A DNA stretch of 64,000 nucleotides from Candidatus Kaiserbacteria bacterium (GTDB lineage: Bacteria; Patescibacteriota; Minisyncoccia; Phycocordibacterales; Phycocordibacteraceae), in NCBI GenBank assembly GCA_963699165.1, contig OY969413.1:404562-468561 (forward strand), read 5' to 3'. The notes beneath the pieces were generated by a model, which saw only the letters and a list, made by a program, of their open reading frames with translations, had not been told where the DNA came from and searched no databases. Position 1 is the first letter of the stretch. Each line of letters opens with the position of its first letter. The position numbers and the translations under genes were made by a program. Positions 36,668 to 45,608 of the stretch are shown one piece after another.

Positions 36668-37672
36668 TTAGAGTGTGCTTAATGCCTGGGATAAAATCTG
36701 CACCTGCGGAGCGGTTTGCGTGTTGAAAAATATGCAGCCCATAACGATGAGAAGCAAGAGCAACCCCCCGCCGATGACTTCCACGTATTGCACGCGCGCT
36801 TTTACGACAATCGCGACGATGAGCAAAACGGCAATGATGACGGCGAGCGCGGAAAGGATACAGGTTATCGTGAGCGTCGGCGACGTGATAACGAGTGTTA
36901 AGAAATTTTTCAGTCGCGATGAACTTTCGACCGGCATCTGAGCGGGTGCCTGCGCACCGAGAACTTTCACAACCGCTGCAGTCGTGGTCGCCTTCACCAC
37001 GACGGTTGTTGTAGCGACTTTCGTCGATGGCTTTTTCAAAGCGTTCGTAACGACAACGGACTTTTGCGCCTGCGCTTCCGGAAGGGCAAGTTCGGGCGTC
37101 CCGAAATATTGCACAACAAATGTCGTTTCTTGACCGTTGTAAACGCCGTTTGCAACGCCGATGCCGATTTGCGTATATTGCGGCTTTACGATATTTGCGT
37201 GATGCGACGGCGATGCCATCCATGCGCTTTCAACGGCCGACGAGTCGGTGAAGTTTACGGCAAGATTTTGGCCGGCATATCGATAGTCGTAACCGACCAA
37301 ACTCAGCCAATACCAGGGGTCTTTGCCGTCCGGACTCACATGAGAAAAATATCCCTTCGCCGCCATATCGTTCGCCGCGTCCTGCGCCGCCTGCGCAAGC
37401 AGCGCGTTATGGGTAAGCGGCGCATCCCCGTTTGCGATTCGATCGTCATTGGTGAGAATCGTAAGCGCCGCCGGAAGAACCGAGGCGAGAAAATCGGTAT
37501 CCGGCAGAACGAATTTGATTTGCGCGAGATAGACCCCTTGAATCGCGACGATTCCGGCGATGATGAGCGCAATCGACGCTGCGCGGAAAATGTGCGGTTT
37601 GTAGCCGTTTCGCTTGTGCGGGAGAAAATGGTCATGCACGCGATGCAGAAGCGGCTTTTTAGTCGAGGCCAT
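36668..37672 (-). CDS. CAP/SCP-domain membrane protein
   Basis: LTNDDR, DMAAKGYFSH, AGQNLA, AWMASPSHHANI, IGIG, VVQYFG; N- and C-terminal TM. Confidence 0.92.
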   Translation of the reverse strand: MASTKKPLLHRVHDHFLPHKRNGYKPHIFRAASIALIIAGIVAIQGVYLAQIKFVLPDTDFLASVLPAALTILTNDDRIANGDAPLTHNALLAQAAQDAANDMAAKGYFSHVSPDGKDPWYWLSLVGYDYRYAGQNLAVNFTDSSAVESAWMASPSHHANIVKPQYTQIGIGVANGVYNGQETTFVVQYFGTPELALPEAQAQKSVVVTNALKKPSTKVATTTVVVKATTTAAVVKVLGAQAPAQMPVESSSRLKNFLTLVITSPTLTITCILSALAVIIAVLLIVAIVVKARVQYVEVIGGGLLLLLIVMGCIFFNTQTAPQVQILSQALSTL

Positions 37673-37985
37673 GTGTAAATAATAATAAAACGAAAATATA
37701 AAAAAGGGAATCCCGCGGGCGGCTTTGCCGCCCGCGGGATTTCTGGTATCCTGCCGATATGAAACGCGCATTTTCAATCGTTATCGTCGCACTGTTGGCG
37801 GTCGGCATGATTGCGATGTTCTTCCCGGCCCTTGCCTCGCTGACCAAATAGCACTTGTCCCCAGTCGGACTTGTGCAATCAACGGATTTCTGGCATACTG
37901 GAAATACTCGCAGAGTATTAGAGCTTCGCTCGGTCTTCGGACCGAAATGTTCAGTTTCGGCGAGATTAACCAGTAGTTGCAACTC

Positions 37986-38360
37986 ATGGCGGATAATCAG
38001 CAGTCAGTTCAGGGAAACAAGCTTTATGTCGGCGGTATTCCCTATCGCTCAACGGAAGACGACCTCAAAAAGGCCTTTGGTGAGGCCGGAAATGTCGTTT
38101 CCGCAAGCATTATCAGCGACAGAATGACGGGCCGCTCGCGCGGTTTCGGCTTCGTTGAAATGGCGTCCGAAGCGGAGGCCCAAGCGGCTATCGACCGTTG
38201 GGACGGCAAGGAACTTGACGGGCGCACGCTCTCGGTTTCTTTTGCACGCCCGCAAGGTGATCGTCCTCCTCGCCGCGAAAACGGCGGCGGCGGTTACGGT
38301 GGCGGCGACCGGGGCGGTTTTGGCGGTGGAAACGGCGGCTATGGCCGCGGCGGATACTAA
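37986..38360 (+). CDS. RRM RNA-binding protein with Gly-rich tail
   Basis: RNP2 LYVGGI, RNP1 RGFGFVEM. Confidence 0.95.
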   Translation: MADNQQSVQGNKLYVGGIPYRSTEDDLKKAFGEAGNVVSASIISDRMTGRSRGFGFVEMASEAEAQAAIDRWDGKELDGRTLSVSFARPQGDRPPRRENGGGGYGGGDRGGFGGGNGGYGRGGY

Positions 38361-38372
38361 TTTCCCTTACCG

Positions 38373-38416
38373 AATGAAAGAAGGCGCGTCGCGAAAGCGA
38401 CGCGCCTTCTTTCATT
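38373..38416 (+). terminator. Intrinsic terminator
   Basis: AATGAAAGAAGGCGCGTCGC-GAAA-GCGACGCGCCTTCTTTCATT. Confidence 0.85.
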
Positions 38417-38465
38417 TCATCTTAACGATTGTCCATGCTACTCTCTTTGCGGAGGGCGTTCATTG

Positions 38466-38828
38466 ATGAGGAATGAATACATATGGGCCGTAACGGATGC
38501 GGCGGAATTGCTCAAAAGAGTGCGTGGATATGTCTCCCATCATATCAAAGATGTTGTCGGCGCGAAACCGCGTGCGCAGCGGGAAATCGAACTTAGCTGC
38601 CACAAACTAACCGACGGCACACCGGTTGGATTCTGTGTAGCGATGTACCAACCGGAACCCACGGGAAGAAAGCCCTGGCGGAAACAGGAGCTCCTTGTGA
38701 TTTTCCATCCCACGGTGCTTACGCCCGAAAAACTGCCGAGCACAACGCAGACGGTTATGGACGCGCTTCGGAAAGCGTTTCAAAAAAGGCAAGACGGACA
38801 GCATTTCGCGATTGTCTTTCGCGAATAG
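38466..38828 (+). CDS. Hypothetical protein
   Basis: About 120-aa ORF with GGAGG SD. Confidence 0.6.
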   Translation: MRNEYIWAVTDAAELLKRVRGYVSHHIKDVVGAKPRAQREIELSCHKLTDGTPVGFCVAMYQPEPTGRKPWRKQELLVIFHPTVLTPEKLPSTTQTVMDALRKAFQKRQDGQHFAIVFRE

Positions 38829-38904
38829 AAATGAGCGCCGCTTTAAACAGCGGCGCTACATCTATTTTATGCGCCGATATCTATCGTGTGGTACTTTCTT
38901 TAAT

Positions 38905-39696
38905 ATGAACCGCGATGAGCAGTGGCTGCTGGATGAAAAATATGGTGGAAAAGAAACCGCGGCATATGAGGAAGATAAGAAGCGGCTCGCCGAAGGCGAG
39001 CCGCTTGCATACGTGATTGGCTCACAGCCCTTTCTCGGTTTGAAAATCTATCTCGATTCAAAGCCGCTCATCCCCCGTCCCGAAACGGAGTGGTGGACGG
39101 AGCGTCTCGTCGCGAATGTTAAAAACAGTATGAGAAAATTCTGGCCGAGTGCAACTCGGAGAACCGAGGAATTTTCGAGGACTGTTTTTAACATCCGCGC
39201 GCTCGATTTATGCGCCGGCTCGGGCGCCATCGGCTGCGCATTTCTCAAGTTACTGCCGGATGTCCAAGTATTTTTCGGCGAGATTGACCCCGCGCATGAA
39301 ATGACAATCCAAAAAAATATCCATGAAAATCAATTGAACGAATCGCGCTCAACAATCGGCATCGGCGACCTTTTTGAACCGTTTGGCGAAACCCGCTTCG
39401 ACATCATCGCGGCAAATCCTCCGTACATTCCGAGCGGCCGGAAGCTCCAGGAGAGCGTAGCCGATTACGAGCCGTCGCGGGCCCTTTTTTCGGGCGCAGA
39501 CGGCCTCGACATCATCCGCCGCATCGCCGAACAGTTGCCGGGGCATCTCGCGCCGGATGGCATCGCATGGATTGAATGCGACGAAAACGCCGCGGAGGCA
39601 AGTTGCGCACTTTTCGAGTCCCACGGCCTTGCGGCCGAAATACGCACCGACCAGTATGACAAACCGCGCTTTATTGTAGTATCATTTCCGCAATGA
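38905..39696 (+). CDS. prmC: Release factor glutamine methyltransferase (HemK/PrmC), with internal palindromic insert
   Basis: GEPLAYVIG, LIPRPETE, LDLCAGSGAIG, NPPY, EPSRALFSGADGL. Confidence 0.93.
   Translation: MNRDEQWLLDEKYGGKETAAYEEDKKRLAEGEPLAYVIGSQPFLGLKIYLDSKPLIPRPETEWWTERLVANVKNSMRKFWPSATRRTEEFSRTVFNIRALDLCAGSGAIGCAFLKLLPDVQVFFGEIDPAHEMTIQKNIHENQLNESRSTIGIGDLFEPFGETRFDIIAANPPYIPSGRKLQESVADYEPSRALFSGADGLDIIRRIAEQLPGHLAPDGIAWIECDENAAEASCALFESHGLAAEIRTDQYDKPRFIVVSFPQ
39116..39194. repeat. 79-bp nested palindromic element inside prmC
   Basis: ATGTTAAAAACAGT...ACTGTTTTTAACAT 14-bp perfect IR; inner GAAAATTC/GAATTTTC and CCGAGT/ACTCGG stems. Confidence 0.85.
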
Positions 39697-39959
39697 ATAG
39701 CCAGCCGCTTCAGCCCTTCGGGACGCCGAATGCCGCGTTTTCACAGTTGCATATTTCGAGCGGTTCAATCGTGACATGGTTGTTCTATCTGGTTTTCGCT
39801 TACTGGGCGATTTATACGATTGTGGCGATTTACCACTGGATTCGATATTCGCGCGCCTCGCACATCGCGGTGCCCGCGATTGTCGTGCATATCCTGGTTT
39901 CACTCGCGCTCCTCGGATACATTGTCTCGGGCTCGGCTTCCGCCGCTGCACTGCCATGA
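39693..39959 (+). CDS. Small 2-TM membrane protein
   Basis: Overlapping ATGA junctions on both sides; YHWIRY motif. Confidence 0.75.
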   Translation: MNSQPLQPFGTPNAAFSQLHISSGSIVTWLFYLVFAYWAIYTIVAIYHWIRYSRASHIAVPAIVVHILVSLALLGYIVSGSASAAALP

Positions 39960-40486
39960 ACGAATTCCAGCTTGAACCGGACGAAAAAATAATCGTGCAG
40001 GCGCGAAAGAGCTGGCTGCTTTTTCTCATCGAGCTGCTGCCCTACGCAATCATTGCGATAATTCCTTTTGTATTTGCATACATGCTCGCGGCAACGCCAT
40101 CAGCACCGACCATCAATTTCGGCGCACCGATTACGCGCGCGATTCTCGGCATTTGGCTTCTCATAACCTGGACGAGCGCGTGGGGCATCTATACCCGCTA
40201 TTTTCTGAACGCCTGGGTGCTCACCAATCAGCGCGTCGTCGACATCAAGCAACGCGCATTCTTCAACCGCGAGGTTTCGAGTTTGTTCCTTTCGCGCGTC
40301 CAAGACGTAACGAGCGATATGGACGGTTTTCTGTTTTCCATTTGTAACGTCGGCAACATAAACGTTCAGAGCGCCGGCGAGGAAGAACGCTTTTCAATGC
40401 ACGGCATTCCGCATCCCGACCAGATGCGCGACCTCATTCTCAAGTACATTTCTACGGATTCAAAACCGGGAAGCGGGGTTGAATAA
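39956..40486 (+). CDS. Bacterial PH-domain (bPH_2) membrane protein
   Basis: EKIIVQARKSW, VLTNQRVVDIKQRAFFNREVS..L.RVQDV, GNINVQSAG. Confidence 0.88.
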   Translation: MNEFQLEPDEKIIVQARKSWLLFLIELLPYAIIAIIPFVFAYMLAATPSAPTINFGAPITRAILGIWLLITWTSAWGIYTRYFLNAWVLTNQRVVDIKQRAFFNREVSSLFLSRVQDVTSDMDGFLFSICNVGNINVQSAGEEERFSMHGIPHPDQMRDLILKYISTDSKPGSGVE

Positions 40487-40489
40487 ATG

Positions 40490-40528
40490 GGAAAGGGGCA
40501 AGCGACATCCGTGTCGCTCACCCCTTTC
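40490..40528. terminator. Hairpin/terminator
   Basis: GAAAGGGGCAAGCGACA-TCCG-TGTCGCTCACCCCTTTC. Confidence 0.65.
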
Positions 40529-40985
40529 TAGCAACCGCGGCGACATGACGGCGGCATTGCGCCGTGCGGCGGTGTCGTGATCACCTCCCTTCGACTTCTG
40601 TTACCTGGGGTTACAAAAGCCGAAGAGAGGATGCAAGGTTGCCATGATGCCTCCTAGCGCGAGATGTGCAGATTGGCGACTAGTCTTTTGAATTCGAACG
40701 TTTGATACATTGAGCGAATGAAAAAACCTCCGGCGGTGCGCACTTCACAAGGTCCGAACGAGACGAAATACAGATACTGTTAGCGAAGGGATACTCTTTG
40801 CAAGATGTCGGAGATGCACTCGACCGACCGAAGAGTGTCATATGGTACGAGACGCAAAAGAAGAGGAAGGGACGGCCGTATGATGCTGCATATGCGCATC
40901 ACATTTCATACGTACGAAGGAAATACAGCCGAGCGGTCGGCAAGATGATTGCTCTCGACCCGAAGCTCCGGAAGTTCATCGAGGC

Positions 40986-41829
40986 GGGTATTCAGACTCT
41001 GTTGGCACAGCTCCCGTATCATGGAAGCTATGTACACGCTCAAACAAATTCCGTCTGAAGTGCAGATTAGAAAGTTTTTGCGGCGAACGTTGTTCGGAAA
41101 GAATGTGTTTTGCCCGCTCTGCCGCTCGCGCAGGATTGTGCGGTACGAAGACCGGTACCGGTGTGTTGCCTGCCGCCGAAGGTTCTCGCTCCTCTCGCAT
41201 ACCTGGCTCTCAAACCTCAAGCTTCCGCTCCAGACGTGGTGGATGCTCCTCTGGTGCTGGACGATACGAGAACCCGTCTTGCAGGCCATGGAGCTCACGC
41301 ATTTGCCTGAACGAACGATACGCCGCTGGTATGCCACCTTTCGTGAGCATTTGCCCCAAGAAGAGCATATTCTCGAGCGTATCGTGCAGATGGACGAGGC
41401 ATATTTCAAGAACGCAGCTCTCGTGATGGCCAAGCAGAAAGGAACGAGAAAGCTTGCCTATACCGTCATGCACAATCGCTTCCCGAACAAGACGGACGTG
41501 ATGGACTTTCTCTTTGCCAAAGTGAAGCCGGGGAGCGAGTTGTGGACCGATGGCGGTTCGATATACCGGGGTGTCGGCAAGCGATGGCCGGTCTCCCACA
41601 GCAGAGACATTCATTCAAAATTCGAGTTCGAACATACCTCCGAAATCGAAGGCGTGTTCGGCGTATACCGCACCTTTGTGCGGAGGATGTATCATCATCA
41701 CTGGAGCGAGAACCTCGAGCAATACGTGAGGGAATTCTGCTTCAGATTTTCCTCACCGGAATTGTTCGGAAATCCGCGCACTTACTTATTAAAATCATTA
41801 ACGCTTGTGCCAACTCGTTCTTAATACCC
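40986..41829 (+). mobile_element. IS1595-family element (844 bp, 8-bp TSD ATCGAGGC)
   Basis: TIRs GGGTATTCAGACTCTGTTGGCACA / GGGTATTAAGAACGAGTTGGCACA. Confidence 0.9.
41021..41824 (+). CDS. IS1595-family transposase
   Basis: Zn ribbon CPLC/CVAC, VQMDEAY, WTDG...Y, IEGVFG, YHH.S...L..YV.EFCFRF. Confidence 0.9.
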   Translation: MEAMYTLKQIPSEVQIRKFLRRTLFGKNVFCPLCRSRRIVRYEDRYRCVACRRRFSLLSHTWLSNLKLPLQTWWMLLWCWTIREPVLQAMELTHLPERTIRRWYATFREHLPQEEHILERIVQMDEAYFKNAALVMAKQKGTRKLAYTVMHNRFPNKTDVMDFLFAKVKPGSELWTDGGSIYRGVGKRWPVSHSRDIHSKFEFEHTSEIEGVFGVYRTFVRRMYHHHWSENLEQYVREFCFRFSSPELFGNPRTYLLKSLTLVPTRS

Positions 41830-42629
41830 ATCGAGGCGCATCTCTTCGACGATCAGTCGCCCGAAAACATCTCACTTCGATTGAAGCGGATCGAGAAGGA
41901 TATCGGATATGCTTCATCCTCGGCTATACGCCGATATATCAAGAGCCCGTATGGCAGACGGATCGAGTCGCATCGAGCAAAGGTATTCAAGAAGAGGCGA
42001 CGCTCTCGGCCATCGAAACCACACATTGCCGACAAGCGCCTGATCGACAAACGACCGAGCAAAATCAACAAGCGATGGGGATTGGGTCACATGGAGGGCG
42101 ACTTCATCGTGTCGGGCAAGAGCGGTCAAGGCATCATTCTTGGTCTGCGGGATCGCAGGGTGCGCAAAAACCTGCTGGAGCGGATCCTGCCAGTGTCAGT
42201 GCGAAACGTGGAGCGAGCGCTTCGCAGAATGAAAAAGCGGTATCCCGAGATGCAGACCATCACATTCGACAACGATATTCTCTTTCTCGAACACAAACGG
42301 CTAGAGAAGGTGCTTGGGGTGAAGATATATTTCTGTCATGTGCATGCGCCATGGGAGAAGCCATCAATCGAGAATCTGAACAAGGACTTGCGGCGGTACA
42401 TCCCGAAAAGCTCGGATATTTCAAAGTATTCAAAAAGATTTGTGCAGAAACTCGAAGCAAAGATGAATCGCCGCTTCATGGATGTGCTCGGTTCACTCAC
42501 GCCAGATGAGGCGTATGCTGCGGAAAAGAAACAACGCGCTCAGAGGAGCGCAAAAAACCGTCGTTCGAATTGAGGGGTTTGGGTGCCATTGGTTTCCCAT
42601 TAAGATACTCGTATATGAAGGATTGTTTG

Positions 42630-43673
42630 TCAATTCATTGTACGCGTCCAGTACTTTTGGCAGTCCCCGACGGTTAATGTACACACAATATACCGCAAGG
42701 GGGACACCATGCCGAGCGACTGGTGCGGGCGTTTGGTGTTGTACCAGATCAGCCAGTCGACAAGCTTCAGATTGAAGGAATGAATATCGTCCCGCAGCAG
42801 GCCCCGATTCAGCATGATGAAGTCCTCGGAGACGGTGCGATTGAATCGTTCGACGTGGGCATTCATCTTGGGAGTGCGGGGGCGGGTGTGAAAGTGCGTG
42901 AGCCCGAGTTCGGCACAGGCATCCTCGAAGTGTTTGGCGAACTCGCTCCCGTTGTCGGTCTGCAACTCGTCGATATCGAAGGGGCAAACCTCGATGACTC
43001 GGCGAAGGAAGTCGTCCGCGCTTCTCGACGAGTGGTTCGTATACGCGCCCGCAAAGGCGAACTTCCGCTCCACATCCACTGCCGTGAGGACGTACCGCTT
43101 CACGCCGTCGATGAAGCGGACGACGGTATCGAGCTCCATGCCGCGCTTGCCGGTGCGGCGAAGCTTGGTACGGCGTTTCTGCGGTGTTTCCGTGTGATTG
43201 CCCGTACGTGCGTGGAACGAGAGCCGGCTCTGCTGCGGGAGCAGACCGCGGTTCTTCAAATCCAGAATGACCCGCCCAACGTATGACTCCGACACGGAGT
43301 GCCCTTCTTCGCGCAGGAGAACGGCAAGCTTTGCTTTCCCAAGCCGGGGATGCGCCTGTCGTTCGCGGATGATGAAATCCTCGACCTCGGGCAGAACAGT
43401 CCTCCTTCGACGCGCCTTCGGCGCAGTGCTCTTCGGGTCAAGTGCATCAATGCGGCCCTCGTGGGCTTTGAGTTCCTCCTTCCAGCGATACAAGGTGCGC
43501 TCCGAGGTGCCAAAGGCGTCGTATGCGGCCTCCGTCCCGTGCATGTCCCAGAATCCCAATATCTTCACCCGTCTGTCGACTTCCTTTGGTTTCCGCATAT
43601 GCCGCAATCGTATCGTCCTTTCCCACATGCTCAACCAGCCCTTCGTACCCCTGAAATTGCTTCTGATGCGCAT
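42630..43673 (-). CDS. IS481-family transposase
   Basis: Ends WTRT|MN-stop using flanking TGA. Confidence 0.93.
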   Translation of the reverse strand: MRIRSNFRGTKGWLSMWERTIRLRHMRKPKEVDRRVKILGFWDMHGTEAAYDAFGTSERTLYRWKEELKAHEGRIDALDPKSTAPKARRRRTVLPEVEDFIIRERQAHPRLGKAKLAVLLREEGHSVSESYVGRVILDLKNRGLLPQQSRLSFHARTGNHTETPQKRRTKLRRTGKRGMELDTVVRFIDGVKRYVLTAVDVERKFAFAGAYTNHSSRSADDFLRRVIEVCPFDIDELQTDNGSEFAKHFEDACAELGLTHFHTRPRTPKMNAHVERFNRTVSEDFIMLNRGLLRDDIHSFNLKLVDWLIWYNTKRPHQSLGMVSPLRYIVCTLTVGDCQKYWTRTMN

Positions 43674-43718
43674 ATATCCTCGGTTATGAGGACTGCCAAA
43701 TGTATCTGAACTTATGCA
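42639..43718 (-). mobile_element. IS481-family element copy 3 (1080 bp, TSD TTCAT)
   Basis: Same TIRs; only a few SNPs relative to the other copies. Confidence 0.93.
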
Positions 43719-43753
43719 TTCATCCGGCGTGCAGGCTGTGATAAACTTTGAGA

Positions 43754-45022
43754 ATGTCCGAAATGCTTTCGACCGACCCCTATAAAGGCGTGCGCGATTT
43801 TTATCCGGCCGACTGGGCGGTCCTGCAGGCGCTTTTGGGAAGTGCGCGCGAGACGCTTTTGAAATGGGGATACGAAGAATACAATGCTTCCCCGCTTGAG
43901 CGCGCGGAGCTCTATGAAGCAAAGACGTCCGAAGAAATCGTAAACGAGCAGACCTATACATTCACCGACCGCGGCGACCGGCGCGTCACGCTCCGGCCCG
44001 AAATGACGCCGACCTTGGCGCGCATGGTTGCCGCAAAGCGCCGCGAGCTCGCCTTTCCTTTGCGCTGGTTTTCCATCGGCAACCGTTTCCGCTACGAGCG
44101 TCCCCAAAAAGGCCGCCTGCGGGAGTTTTATCAGGCAGACGTCGACTTGGTCGGCCTTCCCGAAGGCGAGGCGGATATCGAGATTGTTACGCTTGCCTCG
44201 CGCATTTTGCGCGACCTGGGTGCCGATGAAAGCGAGTTCTCGATACGATTAAATTCGCGCCCGCTTTTAAATGCGGCGTGCAAAGCCGCCGGTCTTGAGG
44301 ACGAGAAAGCCCGAACATATGTTCGCCTGCTGGATAAAAAATCGAAAATGACCGACGAAGAATTCGCTGCCGCATCGAGCGAGATTTCGGCAAAGGACCC
44401 GCTTTCGTTTATCGAGAACGCGGGCGAAGCGCCGGAAGTTTCCGAAGAGAAAAAGAAACTTCTCGACCGCATCGAGACGCTCAAAGCCCGCGGCGTGGCT
44501 AACGCCGTCTTTAATCCGGCCGTCACCCGGGGTTTCGATTATTACACCGGCATGGTATTCGAAATTTTCGATACGAATCCGGAAAACTCGCGTTCCATTT
44601 TCGGCGGCGGCCGCTACGACCGGCTCGTCGCGCTTTTTGGCGGCGATCCTATTCCGGCGGTCGGCTTTGCCATCGGCGATGTGACGCTTGCGGATTTTGC
44701 GCAAACACATGGGCTCGCTCAAAAGGCAGCGACGGACAAACCGCAGTTGTATCTCGGCACGCCGGGCGCAGGCGACATTCCCGCCGCACAGGCATTTGCC
44801 GACACGCTCCGCGCGCAAGGTTGCCGCATTTTTGTGAACCTCACCGAACGCGGACTCGGCGACCAAATAAAGGATGCAGTGAAGCACGGCATACCCTTCT
44901 TTGCCGCATACGGCGCGAATGAGGTCGAACGCGGCGCCCTACGGCTGAAAACGCTGGCAACCGGCAAGGAAAGCGAGCTTCCCGCCTCCGAAATTCCTTC
45001 GCGTCTTCGGATGGACAACTGA
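43754..45022 (+). CDS. hisS: Histidine--tRNA ligase
   Basis: KGVRDF, LRPEMT, FRYERPQKGRLREFYQ, RGFDYYTG, GGGRYD. Confidence 0.97.
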   Translation: MSEMLSTDPYKGVRDFYPADWAVLQALLGSARETLLKWGYEEYNASPLERAELYEAKTSEEIVNEQTYTFTDRGDRRVTLRPEMTPTLARMVAAKRRELAFPLRWFSIGNRFRYERPQKGRLREFYQADVDLVGLPEGEADIEIVTLASRILRDLGADESEFSIRLNSRPLLNAACKAAGLEDEKARTYVRLLDKKSKMTDEEFAAASSEISAKDPLSFIENAGEAPEVSEEKKKLLDRIETLKARGVANAVFNPAVTRGFDYYTGMVFEIFDTNPENSRSIFGGGRYDRLVALFGGDPIPAVGFAIGDVTLADFAQTHGLAQKAATDKPQLYLGTPGAGDIPAAQAFADTLRAQGCRIFVNLTERGLGDQIKDAVKHGIPFFAAYGANEVERGALRLKTLATGKESELPASEIPSRLRMDN

Positions 45023-45026
45023 CCGT

Positions 45027-45608
45027 ATGCGCGTCATCACGCTCGATATCGAATCGATTTCAAACTCCGCGGTTCGCGGCCACGTCGATGTAAACGAACA
45101 GGAAATCACGGTCGTCGCGATTCATGATTCGGAAACGGACACTTATGCCGCTTATTTTAAAGAGGATTTGCCGAAGCTTTGGCCGGTTCTTGAACGCACG
45201 GGCATGCTTGTCGGTTTTAACTCTGATTCGTTCGATATTCCGCTCCTCAATCGTTATTACCCCGGAGACCTTTCGCACGTTCTTTCTCTCGACCTGCTGA
45301 CCGAAGTTCAGAAAGTGCTCGGCAGGCGCATTCGGCTGCAATCGCTTGCGGAAGCAACCTTGGGCAAAGGAAAAAAAGGCGACGGCCTCAAAGCCGGCGA
45401 ATGGTGGAGAAACGGAGAGAAACAAAAAGTCGCGGAGTATTGCATCGAAGATGTCCGCCTTACGAGAGAACTGTACGATTACGCGCTTGCGCATAACGCG
45501 GTTAGGTACAAGGATTTGCGCGACGTGCGCGACATAAAACTCGATACGAAACACTGGGGCGAGAGAACGCACGCGGCGCCCGCAATGACCCACGCACTGC
45601 CGCTATGA
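45027..45608 (+). CDS. RNase H-like 3'-5' exonuclease (DEDD, RNase_H_2/YprB-like)
   Basis: LDIES, VGFNSDSFDIP, YCIEDV. Confidence 0.85.
   Translation: MRVITLDIESISNSAVRGHVDVNEQEITVVAIHDSETDTYAAYFKEDLPKLWPVLERTGMLVGFNSDSFDIPLLNRYYPGDLSHVLSLDLLTEVQKVLGRRIRLQSLAEATLGKGKKGDGLKAGEWWRNGEKQKVAEYCIEDVRLTRELYDYALAHNAVRYKDLRDVRDIKLDTKHWGERTHAAPAMTHALPL

Larger units (their letters stand above)
40718..42573 (+). pseudogene. IS30 transposase, split at 40985/41830
   Basis: N-part HFTRSERDEI..LLAKGYSL...YDA..AH; C-part SPENIS, GHMEGDFI, TITFDND, PWEKPSIENLN.DLRRYIPK; removing insert plus one TSD restores FIEAHL. Confidence 0.88.
40674..42588 (+). mobile_element. IS30-family element interrupted by an IS1595 element
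   Basis: 27-bp imperfect TIRs sharing TGGC and AATTCGAACG; transposase motifs on both sides of the insert; ends approximate. Confidence 0.8.
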
